DNA of 64,000 nucleotides from Candidatus Eiseniibacteriota bacterium (GCA_965224245.1 OZ245046.1:2912001-2976000), one strand, 5' to 3'; positions 33,118-43,304 are shown, numbered from the stretch's first letter. Program-made: numbers and translations. The notes: generated by a model from the letters alone, not told the origin.

Positions 33118-33897
33118 TCAGACCGTCTTGCGCGCGACCCGGGACGCCAGATGCAACGAGACACCGAGGAGCACACCCAACGCCGCGGTCACCAGGCTGA
33201 ACGTCCGTGGATCGTAGAACGATCCGTCGATCGGAAACAGCTGCCACGACACGTTGATCATGGCGTGGAACACCGACGCGGCAAAGACGCTGTCGCCGGC
33301 ACGGACATAGAGCCACACCATGATGACTCTGAGGCAGAGCGTACCCAGGGACCACCACGCGATCCACTCGATCGAGCGACCCATCTGGAGGAGAGGGACG
33401 ACGTGGAACGCCACCCACACCGACCCGAGCAGTACGCCCCCCGTCAGGACTCCACGACGCCGAAGCAGCGGCTCCGTGGCGTAGCCCGTCCAGCCCATCT
33501 CTTCTCCGAGTGCCGCCGTGAAGAAGACGGCAAGCAGAGGCACAACGGCAAGCGTCAACGATGGGGGATGAGGGATCGCGGTGCCCATGCTGCGCATGAT
33601 GTAGAAGGAGAGGACGGCAACGGCCGGGTTGAACAGCACGAGGAGGACGTACCACCTCTCGTCCCGGACGTGCCCGGCATCGAACGACCGGCGTAGCAGG
33701 CTCCTGACGGCGGCGACTCGACCCTCTCGGTGGACGAGTATGACGGCGGCGACGGCGGGAGTGAACGCGGCCAGCGCACCGATGGGAAGGCCCGGCAGCA
33801 GCTGGATCTCGAGGAGACTTCCCAGCGCCCAGAGGGGAGCCGACAGGGCAAACGTCAGGACGAAGAAGCCCCTGAGAGTCCTGCGTTCAGAGAGCAA
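33118..33897 (-). CDS. CPBP/CAAX intramembrane protease (start approximate)
   Basis: GEEMGWTGY, W..FH, FHAMIN. Confidence 0.88.
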   Translation of the reverse strand: MLSERRTLRGFFVLTFALSAPLWALGSLLEIQLLPGLPIGALAAFTPAVAAVILVHREGRVAAVRSLLRRSFDAGHVRDERWYVLLVLFNPAVAVLSFYIMRSMGTAIPHPPSLTLAVVPLLAVFFTAALGEEMGWTGYATEPLLRRRGVLTGGVLLGSVWVAFHVVPLLQMGRSIEWIAWWSLGTLCLRVIMVWLYVRAGDSVFAASVFHAMINVSWQLFPIDGSFYDPRTFSLVTAALGVLLGVSLHLASRVARKTV

Positions 33898-33911
33898 GCG
33901 ACCGCCTCGCT

Positions 33912-34010
33912 GTCCGATGCTCGCGCTCACCGGCGTCGGCAGCCGGTGCGCGGAGTACCGGCGCAAGCCACGTGCAAGAGACGTCCGTCGTCCGGTCGAG
34001 CACCTGCTCG
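33912..34010 (-). other. Degenerate attC site
   Basis: gtccgat..gctcaccgg ... ccggtcgagc inverted arms in an intergenic slot. Confidence 0.5.
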
Positions 34011-34022
34011 TGCCCAGCGGTC

Positions 34023-34436
34023 CTACCTGACGGAGTCGACATACTCGACCGGGAACTTCAGGTCCGCGAGGACGTTCCGAAGACGCGTCGCATACTCGGG
34101 GTTCCGCTCATGCGGCTCGGGCGCTCGAACCAGGTTGTAGCACAGTGCGGGAACGGCCTTGCCCTCGAGGGGATGCGCGACCACCGCTTCCGGACGATAG
34201 GCGTCCAGGCCCGGCGCACCATAGAGGTGTTCAAGCTCCGCGTGCGTCAGCGCGATCAGCATTCCGTATGCACGAGCGCCCGGGGACGGCACCAACGTGG
34301 CGCGCTGGCCGATCCGCAGCGCGAAGTCGGCCACATACGCACGACGGAAGTTGGACGGCCTCGTTCCCGCCTGGCGAAGTACCTGAACGTCCATGAACAA
34401 GCCGTAGAAGAAACCGTCGATCCGCCGGGGATCCAT
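34023..34436 (-). CDS. Gamma-glutamylcyclotransferase-like protein
   Basis: FFYGLFMD, LRIGQRATLV. Confidence 0.75.
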   Translation of the reverse strand: MDPRRIDGFFYGLFMDVQVLRQAGTRPSNFRRAYVADFALRIGQRATLVPSPGARAYGMLIALTHAELEHLYGAPGLDAYRPEAVVAHPLEGKAVPALCYNLVRAPEPHERNPEYATRLRNVLADLKFPVEYVDSVR

Positions 34437-34506
34437 GCACTCACCTCCTCCGCTCATGACGGACGACGGCGACCCGCTGCCGGGGACGGAGCCACGCCCT
34501 TCCCGG

Positions 34507-35037
34507 TCAACCGAGGCTGTCGTGCTCGGCGTCGTCCAACTCCTTGCGGTAGCGAACGGCCTCCAGGGGTGCACCAGGCTCGTGTGTCGTCGTGGCGCCA
34601 TCCGCTTCGAAGCCCATGGCCTCGTAGAAGCGTCTCGCCTGTGGGTTGCCGGCAAACACCCATAGGGTCGTCACGCGATATCCGCGTGCCTCGAGCAAGC
34701 GTTCCCCGTACCGGCAGAGGGCGGTGCCGATCCCTTTCCGCCAGTGCTCCGGTGCGAGGTAGATACCCCAGATCTCCCCGGTTGCCTTCCTGTCCACGTC
34801 CGCATCGCGGCATGCGCCGAGTGTGAGGAAGCCGAGGATCTCCCCGTCTCGCTCTGCGAGGTAGGTCTCCTCGGCATTCTCCGCCAGGGATTCGCGGAAG
34901 CGCCGCGCACGCCGCTCGCAGTCCAGGCCGTCCAGGTGAGCATCCGGCACGAGACCTCGGTACGCGGAACGCCACGAGTCGATGTGCAGCCGGGCAATGG
35001 CGTCTGCGTCATCGGCGGTTGCACGACGGATGTTCAT
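34507..35037 (-). CDS. GNAT acetyltransferase
   Basis: IRRAT..DA, IYLAPEHWRKGIG, N.QARRFYE..GF. Confidence 0.92.
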   Translation of the reverse strand: MNIRRATADDADAIARLHIDSWRSAYRGLVPDAHLDGLDCERRARRFRESLAENAEETYLAERDGEILGFLTLGACRDADVDRKATGEIWGIYLAPEHWRKGIGTALCRYGERLLEARGYRVTTLWVFAGNPQARRFYEAMGFEADGATTTHEPGAPLEAVRYRKELDDAEHDSLG

Positions 35038-35068
35038 TCTCGGCTCCCGCGTCGGGTGAGGCGGTCGG

Positions 35069-35635
35069 TCAAGCGGTTCGCCCTCCGGGTGGCCACTCCC
35101 GCGAGAGGAGACCGTAGAGAGCCGAGTCCGAGACCTCCTCGCCCACGATCCAGCGCTCGCGTAGCAGGCCTTCGCGCCGAAAGCCGAGCTTCTCCAGGCT
35201 GCGCGCCGAGCCGACGTTTCTCGGGTCGATGTCGGCTTCCAATCGGTTGAGCGAAAGCTCGACGAACGCGAACGTGATCAGGGAGCTGACGGCTTCGAAC
35301 ATGTAGCCCTTGCGCCAGTGATCGCGGGCAATACCGTAGCCCAGCTCCGCACGACGACACTGCTCGTTGAAGTTGAACAGGGAGCTCGTGCCCACCAGTC
35401 GCGGCTCCTCCCGGAGAAAGACGCCCAGGCGAAGGTGCTCGCCCGCGGCGAGCGCGCGGCGATCGTCTTCGATGAGCGCGACTGCTCGATCCACGGACGT
35501 CCACGGCTCCGAGCTCCAGAACCGCATGAACTCGGGATCGGAGAAGATGCCGAAGAGCGCCTCGGCGTCCGGGATGCACAGCGGTCGAAGACTCAGCCGC
35601 TCGGTGGAAATCGAAACCCCGGAGAACGACCGCAT
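35069..35635 (-). CDS. GNAT acetyltransferase (RimJ/RimL-like)
   Basis: TERLSLRP, AELGY, W.KGY, N..S...LEKLGF.REG.LRE. Confidence 0.92.
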   Translation of the reverse strand: MRSFSGVSISTERLSLRPLCIPDAEALFGIFSDPEFMRFWSSEPWTSVDRAVALIEDDRRALAAGEHLRLGVFLREEPRLVGTSSLFNFNEQCRRAELGYGIARDHWRKGYMFEAVSSLITFAFVELSLNRLEADIDPRNVGSARSLEKLGFRREGLLRERWIVGEEVSDSALYGLLSREWPPGGRTA

Positions 35636-35799
35636 GGCTCCCTGCGCTGTTGGAGATCAGCGGGTATCCCTCAGTCGTGACACACGAACACCTCGACGAG
35701 TGACTCGACCGTACCAGATACCCATCGCAGCCGTCGATGAGGGCGGTGACCGATCCGCTCTGCGCACTCGTCGGCACCTCGACGCCCGGCAGGGAGCGT

Positions 35800-36261
35800 C
35801 TACGCCCCCGCTTCCCGGAAGCGCCCGGGGACGTGCGCCAGGTAGTCCTCCGGGCGTGCGGGGCCGGACATCATCGTCGCGATCCACGCCTGTCGCTCCT
35901 CCCACACCACCTCCAGGTCCCACACACAGACCGACTCGCCGTCGACGGCCGGTCGCCACTCCTCGCCTTCGCGACGCACCCACACCCTGATGGGCAGCTC
36001 GTTCTCGTTACTCCACCACGCGAGGATCAGGTAGTTCTCCGCGCGACCCTGGTGGGCGACGAGAAAGCCGAGACCCGGTCGTCCCCGGTCGGGGTCGGGA
36101 CCTGGCAGGCCGTCCGATGCCATGCCCATGGGCAGCTCGAAGTCCTCGACGTCGAAGGCTGCGCCGCCGTAGACCACGCTGAAGAGCTTGAGAGACCAGC
36201 CTCCGCGGCTCCGGATGCCCCGAAAGCGGGTCTCGCGTGGTGCAAACCTCTGCAGCTCCAT
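35800..36261 (-). CDS. Hypothetical protein
   Basis: RBS GGAGG; GF...HQG...Y..L.WW.NENEL and CVWDL.V...ER.AW pattern. Confidence 0.7.
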   Translation of the reverse strand: MELQRFAPRETRFRGIRSRGGWSLKLFSVVYGGAAFDVEDFELPMGMASDGLPGPDPDRGRPGLGFLVAHQGRAENYLILAWWSNENELPIRVWVRREGEEWRPAVDGESVCVWDLEVVWEERQAWIATMMSGPARPEDYLAHVPGRFREAGA

Positions 36262-36440
36262 GGTCCCTCCGTGGGTGACTCGTCCGATCCATCTTGCTGG
36301 TGATGATGTCGGTGCGATCAGGCCGGGTCCAGCGTTCAGGAGCGGTCCGGAGAACTCCGGTCATGGGAGGTCGAATCCGCCCGAAGAGCCTCGACCGCGC
36401 GCAACGCCACCCGCTGCATGCTCTCGGAGGCGGAGCCAGA

Positions 36441-37442
36441 TCACGTGCCGCCAACGTGGAGCTCGGCCTGATCGGATCCGGACGCGATCGTGAGCTCGAG
36501 GTTCTCTCCGAGCTCGAGACGCAGCTCATGATCGACGGGTCTCGACAGAGAGAACTGAATGGAGGTGATCCCATACCTCGGTTGCTCGGACCTCCGAACG
36601 GCGATCGTGCAGTTGGGCCCCTGGAACTGCTCGACAGCACCACGAATCGTGCGATCAAACCCGGCCGCCATCAGAAGCACCGCCAACGCATCGGCGTCCG
36701 ACAACGAGGCGACCACCTCGATACCGGCGATGTCGTCGAACAGTACGTCGCCTAGCGAGGCATCCGGCTTCAGCATCTCGACCGTCGCCACCATCTGGTG
36801 ACTGCGCGGCGCGAAGCCCGCGGCGTCCCGCTCGACCCCGAGGTAGTCCGCCGGCCGGTCCTGGTGATCCTCCATCAACCACGAGTAGAGCCTCGGCCAG
36901 CCCTCCGCCATCGACACTTCCCAGTACAGCGGTGTGTCGTGATCTTCGCCGGGTATCGCCTCCAGACGTCGAGTGACCGCCTCACCATGTACCTTGTGCA
37001 GGCGTTCATACACCACATCGAGCTCGCCCAGGGTCTGGCTGCTCAAGGCGACGCCGGCGAAGCCGACCTGGACGTCCTTCGGGGCATTCGAGCCCAGCAG
37101 CTCCACGTAGGCATTTCGCCCCATGAGGTAGATGGCGGTGAACGGGCCGCTCTCGATCGTCTGAGTCAGCTCGAGCAGGACGGAGAATTGCTCCCCGAGG
37201 AACTCCGACTCCAGGACCGCCTCGTAGTCCTCCTTCTCCAGAGCAACAAACAGGTGGTTCACCTCGAGCATGGGCCCATCCGCTCTCCCGGCATCATCCG
37301 CGACCGTGACTCCGCCCTCTCGAGGACTCGGGTCCGCGCTACCGATCACGTGCGTGGCGAGTCCGAGCAGCAGCAGTGTCGTGGCACGAACCACGGTGCT
37401 CCGAGTGACGTTCAGGCGGTCGCCTCCCATCGCCGTCTCCAA
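36441..37442 (-). CDS. Secreted hypothetical protein (DUF5829-like); start uncertain
   Basis: Signal-like segment; NH.F..L....Y.A...SEFL, Y..G...Y.EL. Confidence 0.6.
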   Translation of the reverse strand: METAMGGDRLNVTRSTVVRATTLLLLGLATHVIGSADPSPREGGVTVADDAGRADGPMLEVNHLFVALEKEDYEAVLESEFLGEQFSVLLELTQTIESGPFTAIYLMGRNAYVELLGSNAPKDVQVGFAGVALSSQTLGELDVVYERLHKVHGEAVTRRLEAIPGEDHDTPLYWEVSMAEGWPRLYSWLMEDHQDRPADYLGVERDAAGFAPRSHQMVATVEMLKPDASLGDVLFDDIAGIEVVASLSDADALAVLLMAAGFDRTIRGAVEQFQGPNCTIAVRRSEQPRYGITSIQFSLSRPVDHELRLELGENLELTIASGSDQAELHVGGT

Positions 37443-38229
37443 TCCCGCTCTTCATGTTCACCTGCGAGCTGTCTCCAACATCGGACCGCTCACACACCCC
37501 CGGATCGTCCACCCCGAAGACGAAGACCATCTCTCTCGCCTGCCGGTGATCGAAGTCCCGGCGGTCCCAGTCCCCGTAGAGCGACAGATGCCTCAGGCCC
37601 GCCTCTCCGGCGAGACGCGCGACCTCATCGACCTGCCAGAATCGAATGCGGCTTCGCGACGTCAGAGCCTCATCAGGAAACTCGTAGTGCAGGTCGAACA
37701 GCATCAGGCTGCCCTCCATTCCCACGAACTCCCGGGTCTCCCGAACCACTCCCTCTTCTGTCTCGAGGTCGACGCTGTAGTTCCACATCGCGGGCCAGCT
37801 CAACGCTGGATTCCGGGCCTCGAAGACCACCCTACCACCCCGCTGGAGGTGATTCCGAGAGTGCCGAAAGAACGCGAGTACCTGATCGTCCCGCACCAGA
37901 GCCTGGAACGCATTCCCGGTCATGATGATCAGGTCGTACCGGGTGGCACTCTCGTACTCCTCGGCCGAGGATTGCACCCACTCCACCCTGTCCCCGCCAG
38001 GTCGGGCCCGGGCCACGTCGAGCATCTCCCTGGCAGGATCAACGCCCGTGACCCGATTGCCGCAACGGGCAATGGCCGACGCGACCAGACCCGTTCCGCA
38101 TCCCATGTCCAGCACGCGTATGCCTGGCCCTCGTGAAACGTCGAGATAGAACTGTCGGTCTCTCGACCACGGGCAGCTCGTGTCGTAGAGGGCGCAGAGA
38201 CGAGGGGTGACGTAGTGCACGTCCAACAT
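37339..38229 (-). CDS. Class I SAM-dependent methyltransferase (3' end probably read-through)
   Basis: VLDMGCGTG, GVDPA..ML..AR, MTGNAFQ. The ORF runs through an attC remnant (~37440-37490) into the next gene. Confidence 0.85.
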   Translation of the reverse strand: MLDVHYVTPRLCALYDTSCPWSRDRQFYLDVSRGPGIRVLDMGCGTGLVASAIARCGNRVTGVDPAREMLDVARARPGGDRVEWVQSSAEEYESATRYDLIIMTGNAFQALVRDDQVLAFFRHSRNHLQRGGRVVFEARNPALSWPAMWNYSVDLETEEGVVRETREFVGMEGSLMLFDLHYEFPDEALTSRSRIRFWQVDEVARLAGEAGLRHLSLYGDWDRRDFDHRQAREMVFVFGVDDPGVCERSDVGDSSQVNMKSGIGDGDGRRPPERHSEHRGSCHDTAAARTRHARDR

Positions 38230-38347
38230 GTTCCTCGCCCTCTTCTCGCCGGTCGACACGCGATGCGTCGGCTCCCTGCGGCCCGACGACCCCACGCTTC
38301 TGCGTCCAGCGCGAGCTCGTCCGGTGCGAGCGCTGGCTGGCGGCACG

Positions 38348-39151
38348 CTACGCCCCAGCTCGTGCTGCCCAGGCTCTCGCGGTCAATGGTATCGCCCCGT
38401 CCTCGTTCCGGGGCAACGTTGCCGCCAGACGGCTCGCGAGCTCCTCCTGTCTCCGGGCGGAGAGTGAGGACAGATAGCCCGGAGCCGGACCGGGGCCGCC
38501 CACAAATGGGCTCCAGTAGTCATCGAAGTCCTGGAAGCGTGTCGTGACCTCGATCGCCTCGACTCCGATCCGGGAAAAGCCCGCCTCTCGGAATGCGGCT
38601 TCCAGCCCGGAAGGGGAGCAGATCGGGAAGCGCTCACCCTCATCGTACTGACGAGCGGCAGGGTCGAGCTCGACCGCGGCATCCCAGAACCGGCGGAGGA
38701 ACTCCATGCCTCCGGCATAATCCCAGACACACGCGGCTACCACGGCGCGGTCGGCGGCGAGCGACCTCATTGCACGGAGGGCCGCCACCGGCTCCGGAAT
38801 GAAGTTCAAGACGAGAGAGGAGATCACCACGTCGTAGCCATCCGCCCGGGTCGGTAGCTCGTCCGCGCTCGCGGTGAGGAGCTCGACCCGGTGATCGTCG
38901 AGCGCGGCGCGCGTGTGTGCGACGAACTGCTCCGAGGAGTCCGTCGCCACCACGGAAGCGGGGTCCCCGATCTCGAGTATCTTCGACGTCAACGCCCCCG
39001 TGCCGCAGCCGACCTCGAGCCAGTGGCGGCCCCGAGGCACGTCCAGCCAGGTGACGAAGACGCGTGCCAGCTCCCGGCTCCATCGCCCCATGAAGCGCTC
39101 GTATGCGCTCCCGCTCTCCCAGACATCGCGTGGCGAATCGTCACGTACCAT
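38348..39151 (-). CDS. Class I SAM-dependent methyltransferase
   Basis: YERFMGRWS, WLEVGCGTG, SLVLNF. Confidence 0.92.
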   Translation of the reverse strand: MVRDDSPRDVWESGSAYERFMGRWSRELARVFVTWLDVPRGRHWLEVGCGTGALTSKILEIGDPASVVATDSSEQFVAHTRAALDDHRVELLTASADELPTRADGYDVVISSLVLNFIPEPVAALRAMRSLAADRAVVAACVWDYAGGMEFLRRFWDAAVELDPAARQYDEGERFPICSPSGLEAAFREAGFSRIGVEAIEVTTRFQDFDDYWSPFVGGPGPAPGYLSSLSARRQEELASRLAATLPRNEDGAIPLTARAWAARAGA

Positions 39152-39217
39152 TCTCACTCCTGACCTCGTGGTGTGGACTGACGGCAGCGAGCTCAGCTCC
39201 ACCATCCCGGGATCTGC

Positions 39218-39766
39218 TCACTCATCAGCCTTCGGTGCACTGAAGGCCTTGCTGTAGAAGCCCGATGGATCGAAGCAGCACACTCGCTTCTTCCCCGAGG
39301 CGAGCATGTCACATGCGTCATCGATTCTCTCGCTGCGGGTCGTCGCCCGTTTCGCTGACGTGATCCAATGGACCCAATCGACGCGGGCAATGGTCGTCGT
39401 CGCGTCCCAGGTGGCTCGGGCCCCGGGAGCGGAGGCCAGCGCCAGAGCGAGATCATCTGGAACCTCCGGCTCGGGCTCCTCGGTGGCCATGATCTCGAAA
39501 TGGGCGATGTCGCCGATCCTCGCGCCCGATGCCGCGAGCAGCTTCGGCTCGATCCGCAACCAGTGACTCTTCTGGCCATCCGGCTCGAGCAAGACCTCGA
39601 ACGGGTGGCCGTTGAGGGTCCCCGACACCGTCGTGCGGCCGCGCCGCGGCAGTCTCCTGCTTGCATCATCGGGCAAGACGACGAATGCCCACTCGCCACC
39701 GCCTCCCGGCTCCTTCGGGCGAAGCAGTCGCGCGTCGAACCTGGATCTCGTTTCCTGCTTCTTCAT
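39218..39766 (-). CDS. DUF1905 / YdeI-OmpD-associated family protein
   Basis: LPRRGRT.V.GT.NG, VP.DL..AL, W..WITSAK...TR..RI. Confidence 0.85.
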   Translation of the reverse strand: MKKQETRSRFDARLLRPKEPGGGGEWAFVVLPDDASRRLPRRGRTTVSGTLNGHPFEVLLEPDGQKSHWLRIEPKLLAASGARIGDIAHFEIMATEEPEPEVPDDLALALASAPGARATWDATTTIARVDWVHWITSAKRATTRSERIDDACDMLASGKKRVCCFDPSGFYSKAFSAPKADE

Positions 39767-39791
39767 GAGCCCAACGACCTCACCCAGACAT

Positions 39792-39860
39792 GTCCAACGT
39801 CCCCCTTGCTCAGCCGCGGGCGGAGTGGTCGCCCGTCGGCTGGAGCGCCCGCTGCTAGCC
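39792..39860 (-). other. attC site
   Basis: gtccaac...gctcagccgcgggcg[gagtggt]cgcccgtcggctggagc...gctagcc. Confidence 0.8.
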
Positions 39861-40361
39861 GGTTTCCTGGCGACCGGGCGCGTCGCTCCTCCTGGGCTTC
39901 AGCCAGCCTCGCCGTTCCGGATGAAGCGCGAGCCTCGCCGAGTCACCCTCGTAGCCGGCGTTGTCCCCCGTGAACCGGCTCTCGACGACGAAGCCCTCAC
40001 TCTCGTACAGACCGAGGGCCGCGTCGTTGTTGCCGCACGCAAGCGTCCAGGCATCCTCGTCCAGGCGAGCGAGGCAGTGCCTCAGGAGCGCCCGACCCAC
40101 TCCGCGCCTGTAGTAGGCGGGATCGACGTAGAGCCAGGCCAGGTACGGCTCGTCGATGCCCGCGAATCCCAGAATCTCGTCGCCCTGCTGAGCGACGAAC
40201 ATGGTACAGGACTCGACGTACTCGCCCTCAGGATCATCGGCCAGAGGAATGAACGCCCGCACATCGAAGGATCCACGCAGCTCGTCGGGTCGCGAGCGGT
40301 CATGCACGCGGCAAACGGCCGGCCAGTCCTCTGGCCGATAGTCTCGGATGATGAAGTCCAT
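39855..40361 (-). CDS. GNAT acetyltransferase
   Basis: IRDYRPED, LYVDPAYYRRGVG, N..A..LY...GF. Confidence 0.88.
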   Translation of the reverse strand: MDFIIRDYRPEDWPAVCRVHDRSRPDELRGSFDVRAFIPLADDPEGEYVESCTMFVAQQGDEILGFAGIDEPYLAWLYVDPAYYRRGVGRALLRHCLARLDEDAWTLACGNNDAALGLYESEGFVVESRFTGDNAGYEGDSARLALHPERRGWLKPRRSDAPGRQETG

Positions 40362-40696
40362 GGGCACCCTTCCGACTCTCGAGAGACACCTGACCAACGG
40401 ATCCGGGCCTCTGTTGCGCGACCATGATGCCCCCGCGGGGCCGCGAGCTGCAAGGTGAGTGGCTCCGGACCTCACGGCGTACTGCGGCGCCGCAACCTGT
40501 GTCAGGGGGCGCCGTCCCGACGAACCCCTCGCTCGAGAGAACGCCTCGGATGAACCGTGACTTCCCTTCGATGTAGAAAGGACGATCACGAGGAAAACGG
40601 CTCGCCAGCTCCTCCTCGAGCTCGGCGTACGCCGACTACCTCGCCGCGCCTGAGTCCCAGCGGTTCCGTCATGGTACTCGCTCCGGTTGCCGCGCT

Positions 40697-40794
40697 CCCT
40701 GACGTTCCCCGGCTCAGCTGCGGGCGGCGTAGCCGCCCATCGGCCACACGCGCGGTTAGCAGCCCTGCGGGGCGGCAGCAAACGCGTGTCAGAA
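40697..40794 (-). other. Degenerate attC site
   Basis: ccctgac gttccccggctcagctgcgggcggcgtagccgccc ... gttagca / gtcagaa. Confidence 0.55.
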
Positions 40795-40810
40795 TGCGAC
40801 CCACGCCCAG

Positions 40811-41566
40811 TCACCGACCATCGCTCGCGGAACCCGACCGGATGAAGGCGATGATGTCGTCGGCCCTGGTACGCATCTGGTCGATCACGCGAAGGTTGAA
40901 GGTGTGATGCTGAACGATCGCAGGCAGTTCGTCACGAGCGGCACGCCTCGCGGCAAAGGCCCCGGCAATCTCCACCGCGCGATCGGGTTCGAGGGTCAAC
41001 TTGCCGTAGTCTCCTCCGGCGAGCTCCACTGCTTCCAGCTCGTCGATACTCAGCAAGCCTGCCACTGCAGCGTCGAAGCGTTGCTGTGCCATCAGGTCTT
41101 CACCGACCCTGGCGTCGTGTTGCAGGGCCGTGTAGTGCGCGGCCAACCTGCGACGCAACGGCTCGGAACGTATCAGCGCCAACCTCCCTGTACTCTGAAG
41201 CTCGTGGTAGACGAATGCGTTGATCCGGGGAAACGAGCGCCAGCTCACCGTTTCGATGGCCCACGGCACTCGGGCAGGCTGGTCGGAGGCCAGCGCCGGA
41301 TCTACCGCCATGCGCTCGAGGAGGCGAGCGGCCTCGATCCGGTCGCGGGCATACTCCTCTGCATCGTCCATTCGTGTGCGCTCAGCCATCAGGTCCTCTG
41401 CCAGGCGCTCCAGGTACAGATCCTCGAGCCTGAGCTCTTCTCGGTGCTTGGCCCACGCATCGAGCTGAAGTGCCAGCAGGATTCCGACGATCACGACGAC
41501 GAGCTCGATGAGAACACCGAACCAGGAGTAGCCTTTGATCCGCCCGAAGATCCGTCGGATTAGCAT
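40811..41566 (-). CDS. Hypothetical membrane-anchored protein (DUF6090-like)
   Basis: ELVVVIVGILLALQLDAW, YL..L.EDL, Y.EL.STG.L.LI. Confidence 0.75.
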   Translation of the reverse strand: MLIRRIFGRIKGYSWFGVLIELVVVIVGILLALQLDAWAKHREELRLEDLYLERLAEDLMAERTRMDDAEEYARDRIEAARLLERMAVDPALASDQPARVPWAIETVSWRSFPRINAFVYHELQSTGRLALIRSEPLRRRLAAHYTALQHDARVGEDLMAQQRFDAAVAGLLSIDELEAVELAGGDYGKLTLEPDRAVEIAGAFAARRAARDELPAIVQHHTFNLRVIDQMRTRADDIIAFIRSGSASDGR

Positions 41567-41604
41567 GCCTCACTCCTCGCGGTCCCACGCCCGGCTGTGT
41601 CGCG

Positions 41605-41662
41605 TCCCGACAACGAGCATCAACCGGCGCGTGGCGGCGTCAGCTGCATGCGCTCGTCGAGC
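41605..41662 (-). other. Degenerate attC site related to the one at 49655
   Basis: Shares gcatcaac...cgtcagctgcatgc with 49655-49720. Confidence 0.65.
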
Positions 41663-41664
41663 GG

Positions 41665-41781
41665 CGCGCTCGAGCTACCCACCAGCGCCGCTCCCGACCC
41701 GGGATTGTCGATGTCCTGACCCGGCGCGGCTACGTATCCGTCGAGTGAGATGATGAAGCTCTCCACTCGGACCCGTGTCAT
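41665..41781 (-). pseudogene. Truncated dihydrofolate reductase/RibD-C family fragment
   Basis: MTRVRVESFIISLDGYVAAPGQDIDNP matches the family N-terminus, then ends at an attC. Confidence 0.65.
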
Positions 41782-41828
41782 CTTCAGACCTCGATTGTGA
41801 CGGCCGGCGTCGGTCCGCCTCACCTCTG

Positions 41829-42371
41829 CTAGCTGGTTGTCGATCCCAGGATCTCGTCCACGAGCTCTCCCGCCGGCCTCTCCGAGTCCATCCGCATGAT
41901 GGGACATTCCAGGCAGCTCATCCAGCGCTCGTGCAGCTCCAGGCTCCGGATGGGAGGTCGGGCGTCGTCGTAGCTCCGCGCCCAGGCCATGAAGTCGAGG
42001 TGCTGGGGGTGCATGTCCCCTCCAGGTAGAATCCGGGATCCGTAGCGCCGCCTCTCGCGCGCGAGGAGCCTGGCCATTCGTATACCCGGGTCGAGGTACA
42101 GGAACACGGCGAGCGTGAAGCGATCGAGCAGGGGGTCTCCCCAGCTGCAGATGGACCCGGACAGGACCCAGCTCGAGACCCCTTCGATGTCTCGTTCGAT
42201 GAGGGCGACGCGAGCTTCCGGATCACGCTTCGTCGTGAATGGTGGATCGGTGTCGATCCAGTAGTAGTCGTCGGTGTCCAGATGGAGCGCGCCGGTCGCG
42301 GTGGCGAGCCGATGTCCCAGAGTGGATGATCCCACGCCGGACGCACCGAAGACATGGATACGGGATGACAT
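41829..42371 (-). CDS. Adenylate kinase-like P-loop protein
   Basis: IHVFGASGVGSSTL, DTDDYYW, WVLSGS...WGD. Confidence 0.85.
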   Translation of the reverse strand: MSSRIHVFGASGVGSSTLGHRLATATGALHLDTDDYYWIDTDPPFTTKRDPEARVALIERDIEGVSSWVLSGSICSWGDPLLDRFTLAVFLYLDPGIRMARLLARERRRYGSRILPGGDMHPQHLDFMAWARSYDDARPPIRSLELHERWMSCLECPIMRMDSERPAGELVDEILGSTTS

Positions 42372-42412
42372 CTCACAGCCGCCTGGCCGAGTAGCGGTTC
42401 AGCCGTCCGGGG

Positions 42413-42742
42413 TCACGTCTCGAGCAGGGTGTTCAGAAAGTCTTCGGTGCCCGGCGGGCCGGTCACCTCGAGCCAGATCGGGCCCCCGCTGGGCTCCACG
42501 GACAGGACGAACCTGAGGAACCGGCAGCAGTGCCGCTCCGCTTCGATGACCGTCGCGACCCGGCTCAGTAGATCTTCGCTCGCATCGAATCGCCAGCGAA
42601 ACCCACCCGGAACGGGCTCCCTTTCGGTCGCCGCGGCCAGGAGGCCCGGAAGGAGCTGATCACGCCTGGCCGCGAGCTCGCCTGGAGTGAGTGTGCACGC
42701 GATGGGAGGATCCGAGCTCTTCCCGCGACTGTCGCTCATCAA
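42413..42742 (-). CDS. Hypothetical protein (IACTL / E..CC.F motif)
   Basis: PIACTL, ERHCCRFL, GPPGT. Confidence 0.75.
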   Translation of the reverse strand: MMSDSRGKSSDPPIACTLTPGELAARRDQLLPGLLAAATEREPVPGGFRWRFDASEDLLSRVATVIEAERHCCRFLRFVLSVEPSGGPIWLEVTGPPGTEDFLNTLLET

Positions 42743-42863
42743 GAACCTCCAGGTGCGTCAAAACGCGTTGCGCTGCACCCGCGGGCACCTCCGTCGACTG
42801 CAAGCGCCGGGCAGCTCGCATCCTCTGCTGGTACGCCAGCCTTCCAAGCAGCCGGACGAGGAA

Positions 42864-43304
42864 CTACAAAGCGATCCAGCAAAGCAACGCTATCCAGACC
42901 ACCTGCAACGGCAGCCGAAGAGCCAGTGGCGTTGCCGGCCGTCCCCCGAGGGTTCCACTCGTCCGCGCAGCATGAACGTTCGCGGGAAACAGCGCAACCA
43001 GGAGAAGCGCCAGCCCGAAGGCTGACCAGCGCGAAAGAGGCGGTACCAGCAAGCCGAGTCCGCCGACGATCTCAGCGATGCCCGTCAGCGTGACCAGTAG
43101 CGCCGGATCTGGAAGACCCGGGGGCACCATCCGGATGAGATCCGGTCGCATCCGATTGAAGTGCGCGGTCGCGGTGAACATGAACATGACGGACATGCCC
43201 GCACGCGTGGCCGCCAGGAATCCGTGGCATCTACGCCGAGAACGCCGGCTACTCTCGCCGCGGCGATTGCGATGAGCATGACGAAGAACGGAATGATGAC
43301 CCAC
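42864..43304 (-). pseudogene. DoxX-family membrane protein, frameshifted near 43215
   Basis: N-terminal MLIAIAAARVAGVLGVDATDSW and C-terminal AATRAGMSVMFMFTATAHF...FPANV lie in different frames. Confidence 0.7.
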
